Notes: generated by a model not told the origin, from the letters alone. A stretch of 64,000 nucleotides of DNA from an uncultured virus (IMG/VR IMGVR_UViG_3300037466_003063) (IMGVR_UViG_3300037466_003063), one strand, 5' to 3'. Counted from the stretch's first letter, positions 28,443-38,251 are shown. Made by a program: numbers and translations.

Positions 28443-28711
28443 CAGAGCAGGCCAAGCGCCGCGCGATAAGTCTCTTCGAGAGCATCAGCTTCTTGACGAG
28501 CGTGCGTCTCCATTGCGCGGATGCGAATGATTTTCCGGATGGTCTTTACGTCGAAGCCATTTGCGCGAGCTTCAGCCATCACATCCTTAATGTCATCTTG
28601 GATGCCTTTGCGCTCCTCAATGAGACGTTCGGCGCGCTCAATGAAAAGCCGCAACTGGTCGGCAGCGATGACGCCTTCCGGTCCGAGTTGATTGTGTCCG
28701 AAGTCGCTCAT
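28442..28711 (-). CDS. gapR: GapR/DUF2312 nucleoid-associated protein
   Basis: AADQLRLFIER.ERL.EE.K.I.DDIKDV.AEA...GFD.K..R.II. Confidence 0.9.
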   Translation of the reverse strand: MSDFGHNQLGPEGVIAADQLRLFIERAERLIEERKGIQDDIKDVMAEARANGFDVKTIRKIIRIRAMETHARQEADALEETYRAALGLL

Positions 28712-28727
28712 CGGTGTCCCTTCTCCG

Positions 28728-29216
28728 TTAAATCTGCACCAGCGCGTGCAGGCAGTTCTCGCAGCGGTATTGCCGCGCGGTCAGCGCATCGGTGATGCGC
28801 CGGAACTCCGCGTCGTCGCTGCGCAGCTGATCGCCGCGGCTGATCGAATGGCTGATGGTGCTCGCATCGCGGCCGCCGATGAGCCGCCCCAGATCCTCGT
28901 TGCTCCAATTGAGCCGCTTCTTCGCGGCCCAGATGACAGCATGGCGGACGCGGACTGCAGCCTCGGTCTGTCGCCCCTTCGCGAGCACTTCCTGAACCGT
29001 CGTTCCGCCGAACGCCTCGACGGCGTGAGCGGCAATCGGCACAAGCGGACTGGCGACATCGCCGTGTCCAGGCAGGATGTCGAGCATCGCCTTGGTGCTC
29101 GACGCCGTCGCGCGCAGCGCCGTCGCCTCGTTGCGCAGCCCGTTCTTCTCGTACTTGTCGGCCTGGCTCTCCATAAACTTCACGATGCTGTCACGATGGT
29201 CGTAGGCGACGGTCAC
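28728..29216 (-). CDS. DnaA C-terminal-like HTH protein
   Basis: VRVRHAVIW....S.EDLGRLIGGRDASTISH. Confidence 0.75.
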   Translation of the reverse strand: MTVAYDHRDSIVKFMESQADKYEKNGLRNEATALRATASSTKAMLDILPGHGDVASPLVPIAAHAVEAFGGTTVQEVLAKGRQTEAAVRVRHAVIWAAKKRLNWSNEDLGRLIGGRDASTISHSISRGDQLRSDDAEFRRITDALTARQYRCENCLHALVQI

Positions 29217-29269
29217 TTCGGCCCTCTGTTCTTTTCTAGTGAGATTACACGCGTAAGTTGAAATTCAGA

Positions 29270-29863
29270 TCAATGCAATGGGCAAGTTGCCAGCATGCCG
29301 GCGAGTTCCTGCAGATGCTCGATGCTGCGGTCATTCCTGAGCGTCAGCATGTCGACCGCGTCCAGTTGCCCTTCGCTCGGATGCTTCTTCGGCGGGAGGA
29401 TTCCAGGGCGGAAAATCCGCACCGGAGTTCCCTGAAGCTCGAAGACCATCTCCAGTTCATTGGGAAAGCGCAGGTCATCGATGACGACCGACTGGCCGAT
29501 ATTGAAGAATGCCTCGACGCGGAGCCGTGTCAGGTGAACCCAGAGATCCTGCCGGATGCACTCGCGGCCCCATTCGGTCCCGATCGACTGCTGAATCCAG
29601 CGGCTCGTGACGCCGCCCAAGCGCTCAATCGGTTCCTCCTTGAGGTCGCCGTTGACATAGCGCTCGATGTCGGATTCCTCGATGCCGGCCTCGCGCAGGA
29701 AGGTGCGTGCCATGTTCTTCAGGGCGCTGGCGAACTTCACCAGCTTGAAGCCGTGGCGACGCTGCAGCACGTCAGCGACAACGGATTTCCCCGATCCCAT
29801 GGCCGGCGAGCAGAGCGCGATAAGGCGAGGAGAGTCGTCGGCGGAGGATTCGTCACGCGGCAT
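29270..29863 (-). CDS. Deoxynucleoside monophosphate kinase
   Basis: GSGKS P-loop, FASALK, QSIGTEWGR, DDLRFPNE, HPSE. Confidence 0.9.
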   Translation of the reverse strand: MPRDESSADDSPRLIALCSPAMGSGKSVVADVLQRRHGFKLVKFASALKNMARTFLREAGIEESDIERYVNGDLKEEPIERLGGVTSRWIQQSIGTEWGRECIRQDLWVHLTRLRVEAFFNIGQSVVIDDLRFPNELEMVFELQGTPVRIFRPGILPPKKHPSEGQLDAVDMLTLRNDRSIEHLQELAGMLATCPLH

Positions 29864-30315
29864 CAGGCATCTCCCAAGGCAGTGTCTAGTTCGGCGGCCC
29901 ATTTGCCGACGCGCTGGCCGAGTTCTTCATTGCCACGGTCGGCGAGATAGTCCCGCTGCGCCGCACGGAGACCTCGGGCTGCGGCGATGATCCACCCTAT
30001 GCTGCCTGATTTCCGCTCAGCGACAGCAGTGTAGCCTGAAACACCAGAACCGCGGTGGACGACGCCGTTCTGCTCCATGCAAGCGACGCCCATGCCGACG
30101 ATCTTGCGGAGGATGTCTAGCGCTCCTTCGCTGGCCTTCGGATCGGCGTTGCGTGACAGAATGTCCTCGGCCTCGCGCAGGTAGGATCGAATGAACGTCA
30201 GCCAGCTGCCGACCGGATGGATGCCGTTGCTCGGCGTCGTCTCCGGATTCCAGCGCGTGTCCTGGTACAAGCGCTCGCCGTCGATCGCGGCGTAGACTTC
30301 GTGGCGAGATGTCAT
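29863..30315 (-). CDS. All-alpha MazG-like/NTP pyrophosphatase-related protein
   Basis: AIDGERLYQD.RW..H....W ... LRKIVGMGVACME. Confidence 0.5.
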   Translation of the reverse strand: MTSRHEVYAAIDGERLYQDTRWNPETTPSNGIHPVGSWLTFIRSYLREAEDILSRNADPKASEGALDILRKIVGMGVACMEQNGVVHRGSGVSGYTAVAERKSGSIGWIIAAARGLRAAQRDYLADRGNEELGQRVGKWAAELDTALGDA

Positions 30316-31244
30316 TGCTGTGTCTCCGGATGAGAATGTGGAGTGTTGAAGTGCGGACAGCCTTCGTCTTTGCAGGCCAGTCCGAGGAATGTTTCGATGC
30401 GGCCGGCGATGGCGGCGTTGCGCTCGGCTTTCGCGAGCCGCGCTGCGTTCTCGCCGAGTTCGTCGGGGCTGCTTTCCGGCGCCGCAGCGCTCACCCGGCT
30501 GCGGTGACTCTCCTCATAGAAGCGGAAGATTCCCGCCGCCTCTCGCAGCAATTCCTCGGCCCCGCGCCGTCGCTCGACCTCGCGGTTGTTGGCGACGAGC
30601 AGTTCCCTGACGCGGCGATCATGCTCGCGGCGTAGCAGGGCAAGGTTCGCCATGGTGTCGTAGAAGCTGTCGAGGTCGGTGGCCGACACCGTGACGCTGA
30701 CGCTTTTCAGGCGCTTGTATGCTTCAATCACGCCGAGCGCCTGCGCCTTTGCATCGTCGAGCGCGTTATGCTCGACGCCGTAGCTCGGAATGCCGTTCTT
30801 CGGGTCGAGGCCAACAGCTTCGAGCACGGTCCTGAGATCGCGCGGCGCGCGGTAGTGCCATGGAATCACACAGACTCCCACAGCGCGGATTGCTGCTGCA
30901 AGGATTTGCTCGTCGAAATGCGGCCCGTGCGCCCAGAAACGGACGTAATCGGGGAGGTCGGCCGACTGCTCATTCCACCAGACGTAAAAATCGAGAATGC
31001 CTTGCGTGATGACCTTCTGGCCGATGCGCAGGCGGGCTTGCGCTTCCTCGCTCTGCTCCGACCACCGTTGCTCGGTCGCCGGATCCTTGGTCAGCCCGTG
31101 GAGATGGCCGCCGATGACATTGACGTAGAACTCGTCGCCGAGCGTCCCTTCGACCGGATCGAAGACGACCGCGCCGATGCTGCGGATGTCGCAGCCGGGA
31201 GTCGTTCCCCAAGTCTCCAGATCGACCATGATGTGACGGGTCAT
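30312..31244 (-). CDS. DEDDh 3'-5' exonuclease (DUF5051-like) with C-terminal extension
   Basis: MVDLET, SIGAV.FD, FDE.IL, HNALDDA. Confidence 0.85.
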   Translation of the reverse strand: MTRHIMVDLETWGTTPGCDIRSIGAVVFDPVEGTLGDEFYVNVIGGHLHGLTKDPATEQRWSEQSEEAQARLRIGQKVITQGILDFYVWWNEQSADLPDYVRFWAHGPHFDEQILAAAIRAVGVCVIPWHYRAPRDLRTVLEAVGLDPKNGIPSYGVEHNALDDAKAQALGVIEAYKRLKSVSVTVSATDLDSFYDTMANLALLRREHDRRVRELLVANNREVERRRGAEELLREAAGIFRFYEESHRSRVSAAAPESSPDELGENAARLAKAERNAAIAGRIETFLGLACKDEGCPHFNTPHSHPETQQ

Positions 31245-31555
31245 GCTGCGCTCCTCCGCGCTTGGGTTTCCCTGTGCCACTGCTCGAACAGGGCCAGCTT
31301 CGTCACGACGCGCTCGTCGATCCGGCCGAGGCTCAGATTGTTGCGGCGGATGAAGAACAGCATCGCTGCTTGTAGATCAGCGAGTTCTTCTTCGAGGCGG
31401 GTTGGCAGATGCGAACCGTCCCAATGGTCGGCGCGTCCCTCGTTACCGATGAGCTTGCCGCCGACCTGGATGACTTCGCCGCATTCCTCGATGAGCTTCG
31501 ACAGTCCCGGCCACAGGTCACCGCCGATGCTGAATTCCCCGTGTGGTCCGGTCAT
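31241..31555 (-). CDS. MazG-like nucleotide pyrophosphohydrolase
   Basis: KLIEECGEV...LEEELADL. Confidence 0.75.
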   Translation of the reverse strand: MTGPHGEFSIGGDLWPGLSKLIEECGEVIQVGGKLIGNEGRADHWDGSHLPTRLEEELADLQAAMLFFIRRNNLSLGRIDERVVTKLALFEQWHRETQARRSAA

Positions 31556-31995
31556 AACAGTTCCTCGAATTCGTCTTCCATCAGCGCGTCGAAGTCTGAT
31601 TCAGGAGGGTCCCTGAACTCTCCCTCCGGTAGCGGTTCACCCGCGTAATCGAGGTGGGGTCCCTGCAGCCCCGCAGCGAGCAGCGCAGCAGCCTCCGGAA
31701 TGTCGTATTCCGCCTTGGCGAAGGCATCGCCGAGCGCGTCGAGCACCGATTTCCCCGAGCCTTCGGCGAGGAAGACCTGATGCGGGTAGCCGTTAGCGCG
31801 CTTCTCGATCGTGAAGGCGACGCATTTGTATGTGTCGCGCCTGTCGCGGCGTTCGATGTTGTCGAAAAACAGACCGCGCTCGCCGCACGCCCTGTGGAAG
31901 CGCGGCCAATTCGGCAGCCTTCTCGCTGAGGCGACGTTCTCGTCGACCTTCCACATCATCTCAGGGATCAGCCTGTAATCGTCGCCGCGGCGCAT
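31552..31995 (-). CDS. Hypothetical protein
   Basis: ORF in operon; ends SDFDALMEDEFEELL. Confidence 0.65.
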   Translation of the reverse strand: MRRGDDYRLIPEMMWKVDENVASARRLPNWPRFHRACGERGLFFDNIERRDRRDTYKCVAFTIEKRANGYPHQVFLAEGSGKSVLDALGDAFAKAEYDIPEAAALLAAGLQGPHLDYAGEPLPEGEFRDPPESDFDALMEDEFEELL

Positions 31996-32648
31996 GAATC
32001 CCCTCCGACGACATCAGCGAGATCGGGGAACCGCGCAACCAGGATGTCGCGACAGGCTAACGCTATTTCACGATGCTCTTTCTGCGTTTTGCGGTCGCAG
32101 CGCAGATCGCAGTAATGTATCCAGCTGCGGAGCGTACCGGCCATGTAGAGGCGCGACGGTGTCATCCCTTCCGGCAGGACTGCTCGGGCGACTTCCTTGG
32201 CGATACCGAGAGCAAGAGCGCCGTCATAAGCGGTACGGGCAGCACGGGCTGCATGGCCCTGCAACTCGCACCATTTCTCCAGTAGATCATCGTCTTCACT
32301 GTTGATCGAATTCTGCCGATCCGAGTGGTCTTGAAGCCGCGCCTCACGGTAGATGAGCGCGTCTTCGACTACCGCGTAGCGCTGGCTGAACTCTTGGAAA
32401 CTAAACGACCGGTGCCGTAGGATTTGTCGAGCAATGTCGCGGGTCGTGACGATCTCTATCGTCAGACTGCACATCTCCAACGGCGACCACTCTTTCCGCT
32501 TGACGAGCGACCGCAGCAGTCGGCCGCCCGTCGCGAAGTTCTCCTGATTGGCCGTGCTGCTGACACGGGCGCAATAGGAGAGCATTCCCGACGCATCGGG
32601 AATTTCCTCGACCGCCGGCTGCGTGATGCCGATCAGCCGGACGCTCAT
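31968..32648 (-). CDS. thyX: FAD-dependent thymidylate synthase
   Basis: RQILRHRSFSFQEFSQRY, AKEVAR.VLP, TQKEHR. Confidence 0.97.
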   Translation of the reverse strand: MSVRLIGITQPAVEEIPDASGMLSYCARVSSTANQENFATGGRLLRSLVKRKEWSPLEMCSLTIEIVTTRDIARQILRHRSFSFQEFSQRYAVVEDALIYREARLQDHSDRQNSINSEDDDLLEKWCELQGHAARAARTAYDGALALGIAKEVARAVLPEGMTPSRLYMAGTLRSWIHYCDLRCDRKTQKEHREIALACRDILVARFPDLADVVGGDSCAAATITG

Positions 32649-32899
32649 CGCACGTCCCCGTTGAGCGCACGCTTCGAGTCTTCGTAGGGAGCGACTTGGC
32701 GACGATAGAGTTCGAGCTTCGCGCCTTCGAGAGCGCCGAGCACGTCGTTCATCGCCTGGTAGTTGCCGCCGTTCGCGGCGACGTAAGTCTTAGCGAGACG
32801 CGTGAAGATGTAGTTCAATTCCCCGGCGGTGCTCACTGCCGGCATTGCGTCGATCACAGCGTCTAACGCTGGCCGGTCTGCAGGATGGATATATGGCAT
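32645..32899 (-). CDS. Conserved phage hypothetical protein
   Basis: MPYI..R, GELNY..T, GALEGAKLELYRR..APYED.K...NGDV. Confidence 0.75.
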   Translation of the reverse strand: MPYIHPADRPALDAVIDAMPAVSTAGELNYIFTRLAKTYVAANGGNYQAMNDVLGALEGAKLELYRRQVAPYEDSKRALNGDVR

Positions 32900-32975
32900 C
32901 ACCGCGCCCCTATGAGTTCGAGGAACACCGCCGTGCAGGCGAGCGATACCAGCAGCAGGATTGCGCAGTGGCGCG

Positions 32976-33503
32976 TCACAGCAGGATCGCCTTGATCATG
33001 TGGACGGCATCTTCGAGCGACGGCACGCGGAAGCCGATCGCCTCGCTAAGCATCATGTGCTCGTGCGGATTTCCTTCAGGCTCCATCGCGCAAACGATTG
33101 GAGTCCGGCAGAGGTCGGCCCAGGCGACTTCCATGACCGTGCCGATCGAGACGCGTTCGGCGCCTAAGAAGTTGACCAGCAGCACATCGCAGCGCGTCGC
33201 GTCGAAGCGGTCACGCGTCATCACGCCGCGGGGCAGGGACAGCGGACCCATGTGCGCATATTCTTCGCCGGTTCCGCTGATGGCTTCGGGAAGGGACGCG
33301 AGATAATCCTTCGCCCGCATCGGGCTGAGACCCTTGATTCCGCTTACGCCGAGATCACGGATCACGTCTTCGCGCCAATCGGTGCAGCCGTTGTATGTGC
33401 AACCGGATATAGGACCAGCGAGATAGACGGTCGGCGCGCCAACGCTGTGCAGCACAACGGGTCGCAACGGATGACCTGGTTTGATTGTTTGGATGTCGGT
33501 CAT
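32976..33503 (-). CDS. Nucleoside 2-deoxyribosyltransferase/N-glycosidase family protein
   Basis: VYLAGPI, D....CD.LLV, SIGTVMEVAWA. Confidence 0.85.
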   Translation of the reverse strand: MTDIQTIKPGHPLRPVVLHSVGAPTVYLAGPISGCTYNGCTDWREDVIRDLGVSGIKGLSPMRAKDYLASLPEAISGTGEEYAHMGPLSLPRGVMTRDRFDATRCDVLLVNFLGAERVSIGTVMEVAWADLCRTPIVCAMEPEGNPHEHMMLSEAIGFRVPSLEDAVHMIKAILL

Positions 33504-33706
33504 CCCCAAAATCCTCCTTTGTAGAGCACCCACGCCTCGATCGACGGGGCGATGATCGCGAGCCAGCCGAAGCGGATCGCGACCGGCGGGTTGTTCCTGA
33601 AAAACATGGAGCGCTTGAAAGCGCGGACGGCGCGGCCGTAGAGCACTCCGGAGAATGCCGTGCTGGCGCACAGCCCGAGCGCCATCGACAGCTGCCAGGT
33701 GTTCAC
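33500..33706 (-). CDS. Small membrane protein
   Basis: Two hydrophobic segments, coupled starts/stops. Confidence 0.55.
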   Translation of the reverse strand: MNTWQLSMALGLCASTAFSGVLYGRAVRAFKRSMFFRNNPPVAIRFGWLAIIAPSIEAWVLYKGGFWG

Positions 33707-34113
33707 AGCTGCCTCACAAATGACTTCCGGTACTCGGGGTTGTTGTTCTTCGACACAGCCCCCTTGCGCCAGTCGAACACCATGGCAGGTCGCGGTAGCT
33801 TGCGGGCGATCTCGCGAACCGCCTGCTCGCGCGCCTCGAAGGCACTGATCGGGTTGCCGCCATGCTTCGACACGCGCTCAGCGCTCGCCAGCATGATCAC
33901 GGCCATGGCGGCGTCGACTGCAGCATTGATGCGACGGTTCTGGATTGGCAGGAAGCCGGTCTGCGGGTTGCTGCGCAGAAGCCGCTTACGCGCCATCTTC
34001 TCAACATGCGCTTCGCGGCACTGGCGGCGGGTCAGCGGTCCAGCGGGCCGCTTGCATTTGCGCGCCGGCGGCTGATTCAGCGCGCCATCCATGTTCGTCG
34101 TGACTGTCGTCAT
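33703..34113 (-). CDS. Hypothetical basic protein
   Basis: ORF with SD, downstream of an operator at 34144. Confidence 0.6.
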   Translation of the reverse strand: MTTVTTNMDGALNQPPARKCKRPAGPLTRRQCREAHVEKMARKRLLRSNPQTGFLPIQNRRINAAVDAAMAVIMLASAERVSKHGGNPISAFEAREQAVREIARKLPRPAMVFDWRKGAVSKNNNPEYRKSFVRQL

Positions 34114-34189
34114 TTCCCCGAGGTCCCTTCGAGTCGTGAACTATCAACCATTTGTTGAAACTTATCGCAAAAGAAAGCAAGCCTGAATC

Positions 34190-34837
34190 TCAGTAGCGTT
34201 TGCCTCCGACAGCGCGGCGGTTCTCGATCTTATGGTCGGTTCGCTGAGCGTTATACGCCCGCTTCTCCGCAACGGCCCCGTCAACGTCGAGGCCCAACCG
34301 GTCGCCGAGTTCATGGATGAGCAGCAGCGCCGCGGCGAGGCCGACTTCGTAGCCGCTGCGGCTCGGCAGCGCCTGGTCTGGTGCCATCTTCTTGCGATGC
34401 GACTCCATCGCGCGGCTGATCTGGTTGACGATCGCCATCAGGATCGTGTCGACCAGCACCGGCTCAGCGATTCTCCCGATGAATGCAAACGGAGGCACGT
34501 GGCCGCTTTCGATAAGCTCGAACGCAGCGGCCGTCAGGTCGAGATTGTCGGCGCCGCCTGCGTCGAGGATGCGGATCTTCGCGTCGGCCAGTTCGACCTC
34601 GATCATTTTGCGGTGCGGCAGCTTGTCATCGTAGAGGCCGAGCCAGTAGCCTTCCGAGGCTTCGGAGAGTTCGCTGACCATCAGCATCATCAGTTCGCCG
34701 CGGTTGCGGGTTTCGATGATCGACTGCCCGGTGTCGATGTCCGACCACCAGCCGGCGAGCACGTTGTCGCCGTGGACTTCCTGCGACAGCGGCGTGAAGT
34801 GCAGCAGCTGCGTACGGATACGCGGATTACGAAGCAT
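34190..34837 (-). CDS. MazG-like NTP pyrophosphohydrolase (internally duplicated)
   Basis: LMVSELSEA.EG..D.KLPHR...EVELAD..IRILD; AVAEKRAYN..R.DHK. Confidence 0.85.
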   Translation of the reverse strand: MLRNPRIRTQLLHFTPLSQEVHGDNVLAGWWSDIDTGQSIIETRNRGELMMLMVSELSEASEGYWLGLYDDKLPHRKMIEVELADAKIRILDAGGADNLDLTAAAFELIESGHVPPFAFIGRIAEPVLVDTILMAIVNQISRAMESHRKKMAPDQALPSRSGYEVGLAAALLLIHELGDRLGLDVDGAVAEKRAYNAQRTDHKIENRRAVGGKRY

Positions 34838-35117
34838 TCAATCGGTCCTTTCCATTGGTCATGGCAGCATTCTGACCGCCAGGTAGACGACTGCCCAACT
34901 CAGCAAAGCGAGCAATAACACCTCACGGTTGAAAGGTGAGGCATACTTGCGACCATAGTGCCGCGAAGCCTTGGATCGCGTGTTCATTTCTTCTGCTTCC
35001 ATCCTTTCGGTTTGATCGGCTGACGTTTGACGGACCGCGTGCGAAGCTCGTCGCGGATGCCCTGCAGCGTGAAGCGCTTGTCAGGATGACCGTGGAAGTG
35101 ATGATCGGCGGCGTTGT

Positions 35118-35495
35118 TCATGGCTGTTCGCCTTCGAAGCCTTCGAGCATGTGTCGAACCATCGCCTCGGCCTGCGTGTAGTCGAACAGGTTGGTGCCAA
35201 CGGGATTATGCCTGTATTCGTGAGCCGTCCCCTTATTGCCGACCGGGCAAAAGCTAACCCCTCCGTCAGGATGGAAGTCATCGGGAAGCCGCCAACCGAG
35301 GAAGCGTTCGGCCATGTGCTTGACCAGCGCCTCCCGCATAATCTCGCTGGCTTCGGGGTTAGGGGATGTGAGTTGCGCCGCAATGCGCTTCAGCCGTGCA
35401 GCTGCCTTGGTGGCGACGACATAGCCTACGTCCAATGACGCAAGCCACTCCGCATCGGTCACAATCGGTTTGGGTGTCGGAGGGGGTTGGGTCAT
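35118..35495 (-). CDS. Mosaic hypothetical protein
   Basis: Coupled ORF; shares 45 identical bp with 15809-15853. Confidence 0.7.
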   Translation of the reverse strand: MTQPPPTPKPIVTDAEWLASLDVGYVVATKAAARLKRIAAQLTSPNPEASEIMREALVKHMAERFLGWRLPDDFHPDGGVSFCPVGNKGTAHEYRHNPVGTNLFDYTQAEAMVRHMLEGFEGEQP

Positions 35496-35896
35496 TGCTG
35501 CCCCCGTGCTTTGGCGAGGGCTGCTGTTAAGCGTGAGCGGAGCCGTCCTGTTGGGGAATGAATACCGCCACGCTGCGGGAGCATTTCGAGCGCGAGTCCG
35601 CAGGCTTCGTAAAGCTCCGGTGCCGCAGCGATCAGGCAGGCGTTGGCTTCGGCATCTTGCCCAAGGATTTCGTCGGCAATTACATATTCGTTGGTGGAAT
35701 CGACGCCCGGCGCGGTATCGATGAACCATCCGAAGCCGTCGCTGTCGTTAATTGCTGCCCACGGTCCCGGCGTGAATGAAGGCGCGCCCATTATTCCTGC
35801 GGCGGCCTTGGCGTAGAGGTCGTTCGCGATAGCCACGCGCAGCGGATTGTCGCTGTCACCCTCAATCTCGCGAGCTTCGCGTTCCAATTGCTTCAT
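35492..35896 (-). CDS. Hypothetical protein with TPGPW..NA.LIAAAPEL phage domain
   Basis: Widespread phage motif. Confidence 0.7.
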   Translation of the reverse strand: MKQLEREAREIEGDSDNPLRVAIANDLYAKAAAGIMGAPSFTPGPWAAINDSDGFGWFIDTAPGVDSTNEYVIADEILGQDAEANACLIAAAPELYEACGLALEMLPQRGGIHSPTGRLRSRLTAALAKARGQQ

Positions 35897-36068
35897 CGAT
35901 TCAACCCCTCCGCACCGGCGCCATCGGCATATCGAAATGACTCTTCCGCCGCGCCTGGAAGAACAGCGGCTCACGGCGATCACCGCGGACATGCAGCCGC
36001 GCCCAGTAGTCCACGCCCTTCGCTTCGGCCCGAGCGCGGTCGCGCTCTTGTGGATACCCGCGATCATC

Positions 36069-36858
36069 GGTGGGTTTCCCCGAGAGGCATTTCAGCCCTA
36101 GTCGTTCAGCCCGTTTCAACATGACTCAGTCCCCTTGTTGATTCGCCGTAACTGTAAAACGATTCAACCGCGTGTCAACCCATAGTTGAAACAGCGGTGG
36201 GTTTCCCCGAGTGGCGATAGTTCAACTTTTTGTGGAACCTACTGCCGTTAGTGGCGTTACAGCGCGGTCCGGCAATCCCGCCGGCGAGATAGGGGAATCA
36301 CATGAAAGGTGGTCATTTCAACCGCGACCTGCGGGACATCATCGCTGATCTACAGGCCAGCGGGAACTTCAAGCATGTCCTGGTGATATCCAGCGATCAA
36401 CGCGGCGGCGCGCCGAAAATCTGGGGAACAGGCACCGAGCAGGATTCAACGCAGCTGCTGAAGCAGATCGCGCCAGAGTTCGCCGGTCTCGCCGAGCCGG
36501 TCTGACGGTCGACCGCGAGGCGGCGTGTTACATCCAGGGTTCTGGATTTATGCCCTGCAGCGCTAGACCGAGCAGCAGCGTCACGTACGCAGCAATGCTC
36601 AACAGCAGCAGGATCCCCGTCAATCTCGCGCCGGTCGCTACGGTCGGCCCTGAGACGAACGAACGCGCCGCCTCGATCGACATGAAGAACAGTAACAGCA
36701 ACGGCGCGGCGCCGAGCAGGATCATCATACGCTTTCGTTCCTCCCAATCGGCGGCATTAATCCAGATCAAACAGATTGCGCAATGGGTTTCCCCGAGAGG
36801 TGGGTTTCCCCGAGTCTGTTGACCGTGTTCATTTCCTCGGGCGGTGGGTTTCCCCGAG
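36069..36858 (+). repeat. Five direct copies of (GG)TGGGTTTCCCCGAG
   Basis: At 36069, 36196, 36784, 36799, 36843. Confidence 0.9.
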
Positions 36859-36931
36859 GCCCTGTTGCACCGCCGATCGCGCGCTCTCCTTGCCCCCAAC
36901 TCCGGAAGCGCGGTCGGCGGTGTTCCAAGGC

Positions 36932-37161
36932 GGCAGCGGCTCAGCGGGTCTCAGCGGCCGCAGCGGGTCTCCGCGCTCCCTGGCAGCGGGTCTCCGCGCG
37001 CTCCCTGGCAGCGGCTCAGCGGCCGCGCGCTCCCTGGCAGCGGGTCTCCGCGCACTCCCTGGCAGCGGCTCAGCGGCCGCAGCGGGTCTCCGCGCTCCCT
37101 GGCAGCGGCTCAGCGGCCGCAGCGGGTCTCCGCGCTCCCTGGCAGCGGCCGCAGCGGGTCT
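36932..37161 (+). repeat. Degenerate GC-rich tandem repeat, ~40-bp unit CAGCGGCTCAGCGGCCGCAGCGGGTCTCCGCGCTCCCTGG
   Basis: Sub-blocks repeated 5-6 times with deletions. Confidence 0.95.
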
Positions 37162-37180
37162 CGCACGCACAAACGAAAAC

Positions 37181-37210
37181 GGGCCGCATTACGCGGCCCG
37201 CTCCCTTTTC
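37181..37210. terminator. Hairpin ending the leftward early transcript
   Basis: GGGCCGC-attac-GCGGCCC with T run on the minus strand. Confidence 0.6.
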
Positions 37211-37400
37211 AAATCGGATCTCTGTTAGATTTAGTGGCGCGGCGGCCAAATGAATCCGGCTAGAATGACAAGCCAAAGCAGCGCCGCGGCTATGGCGACT
37301 CGTCGCGTGAACGGCTTAAGCGCCTCAGCGGCTGCAGCGCGGCCTGCGCGCGTAGACGTGAGGAGCGCAAGCGCCAGAATGATTCCGATCCCGATCAGCA

Positions 37401-37826
37401 TTAGGGAGTCGCCATTGCTTCAGCGGCGACGCCTGGAGACCATGGCGCGCCGCGCGGATCGGCGCGCAACGCGTCGCGGCAGCGGCGCGCCTCAGCTGCG
37501 AGCGCTGCCCTATGCGCCGGTTGGATTCGCCGGTAGACCTTGAGCCGATATGCGGAGTCGGACGGATCGAGCTTGCGGCCGTAAATCTTTTCAAGCTCCC
37601 TCAGCAACGATTCATATTCGGCCGGCTTGGCAGCGCGCGTTTGATTGTACCAACCGAACGTGCAACCGCTGTGCTGCCCAACATGCGCGTAGCACGTCAT
37701 TTCGCGGCCCATATAGTCAGCGGGAATCGTCGGAAAAACGGCCGTTATCTCAGCGGCCGCGCCTTCCGGTTCCCGCCGTCTGGAGCGGCGAAATATAACC
37801 GGCAATTCCTCTAGTGTGTCTATCAT
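37401..37826 (-). CDS. Conserved phage early hypothetical protein
   Basis: AVFP..CYAHVGQHS..A.P.EY..LL.EL pattern. Confidence 0.7.
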   Translation of the reverse strand: MIDTLEELPVIFRRSRRREPEGAAAEITAVFPTIPADYMGREMTCYAHVGQHSGCTFGWYNQTRAAKPAEYESLLRELEKIYGRKLDPSDSAYRLKVYRRIQPAHRAALAAEARRCRDALRADPRGAPWSPGVAAEAMATP

Positions 37827-38251
37827 AGAATCGGCTCCCCTATGTAACGCCGCGCCGTAACGATATGATGCGGCGGGAAGCCGACAACGTCGAATCCCTC
37901 GAATCCAACCGCTACGCAATCGGCCGTTTCGCGCTCAACGCTTGCAACTTCTGCAAGCTCAAACTCGAAACAATTCATAGGGTCCCGCCGCGGGTCCGCG
38001 TACGGGTCCCCTTCAAGGTCTACTAGGTCCCCAACTCTCAGTTCAGAGACCTGGACCGGTGACTCGTCTAAGTAGTCCCGCTTTCGCTTCATAATATCCC
38101 CTTCGCTTTGAGATAGGCGCCGCCAAGCCGCGCCGCGGCCATGGTTAACCCTGGAACTTGCGTCATTATTCCAACATAGATTCCGCCGGCGCTGAACGCG
38201 GCGACGATTAAGCCGGCGCTTTTGATCAGCTGCCAGCCATGGCGGAGCGCG

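Noticed and set aside
27256..34837. Z-genome or 7-deazaguanine modification pathway
   Set aside because: No PurZ, QueC/D/E, FolE or DpdA motifs recognised
36932..37161. CRISPR array
   Set aside because: No unique spacers; it is a contiguous degenerate tandem repeat and there are no cas genes (DUF2800 is a standard phage Cas4-like nuclease)
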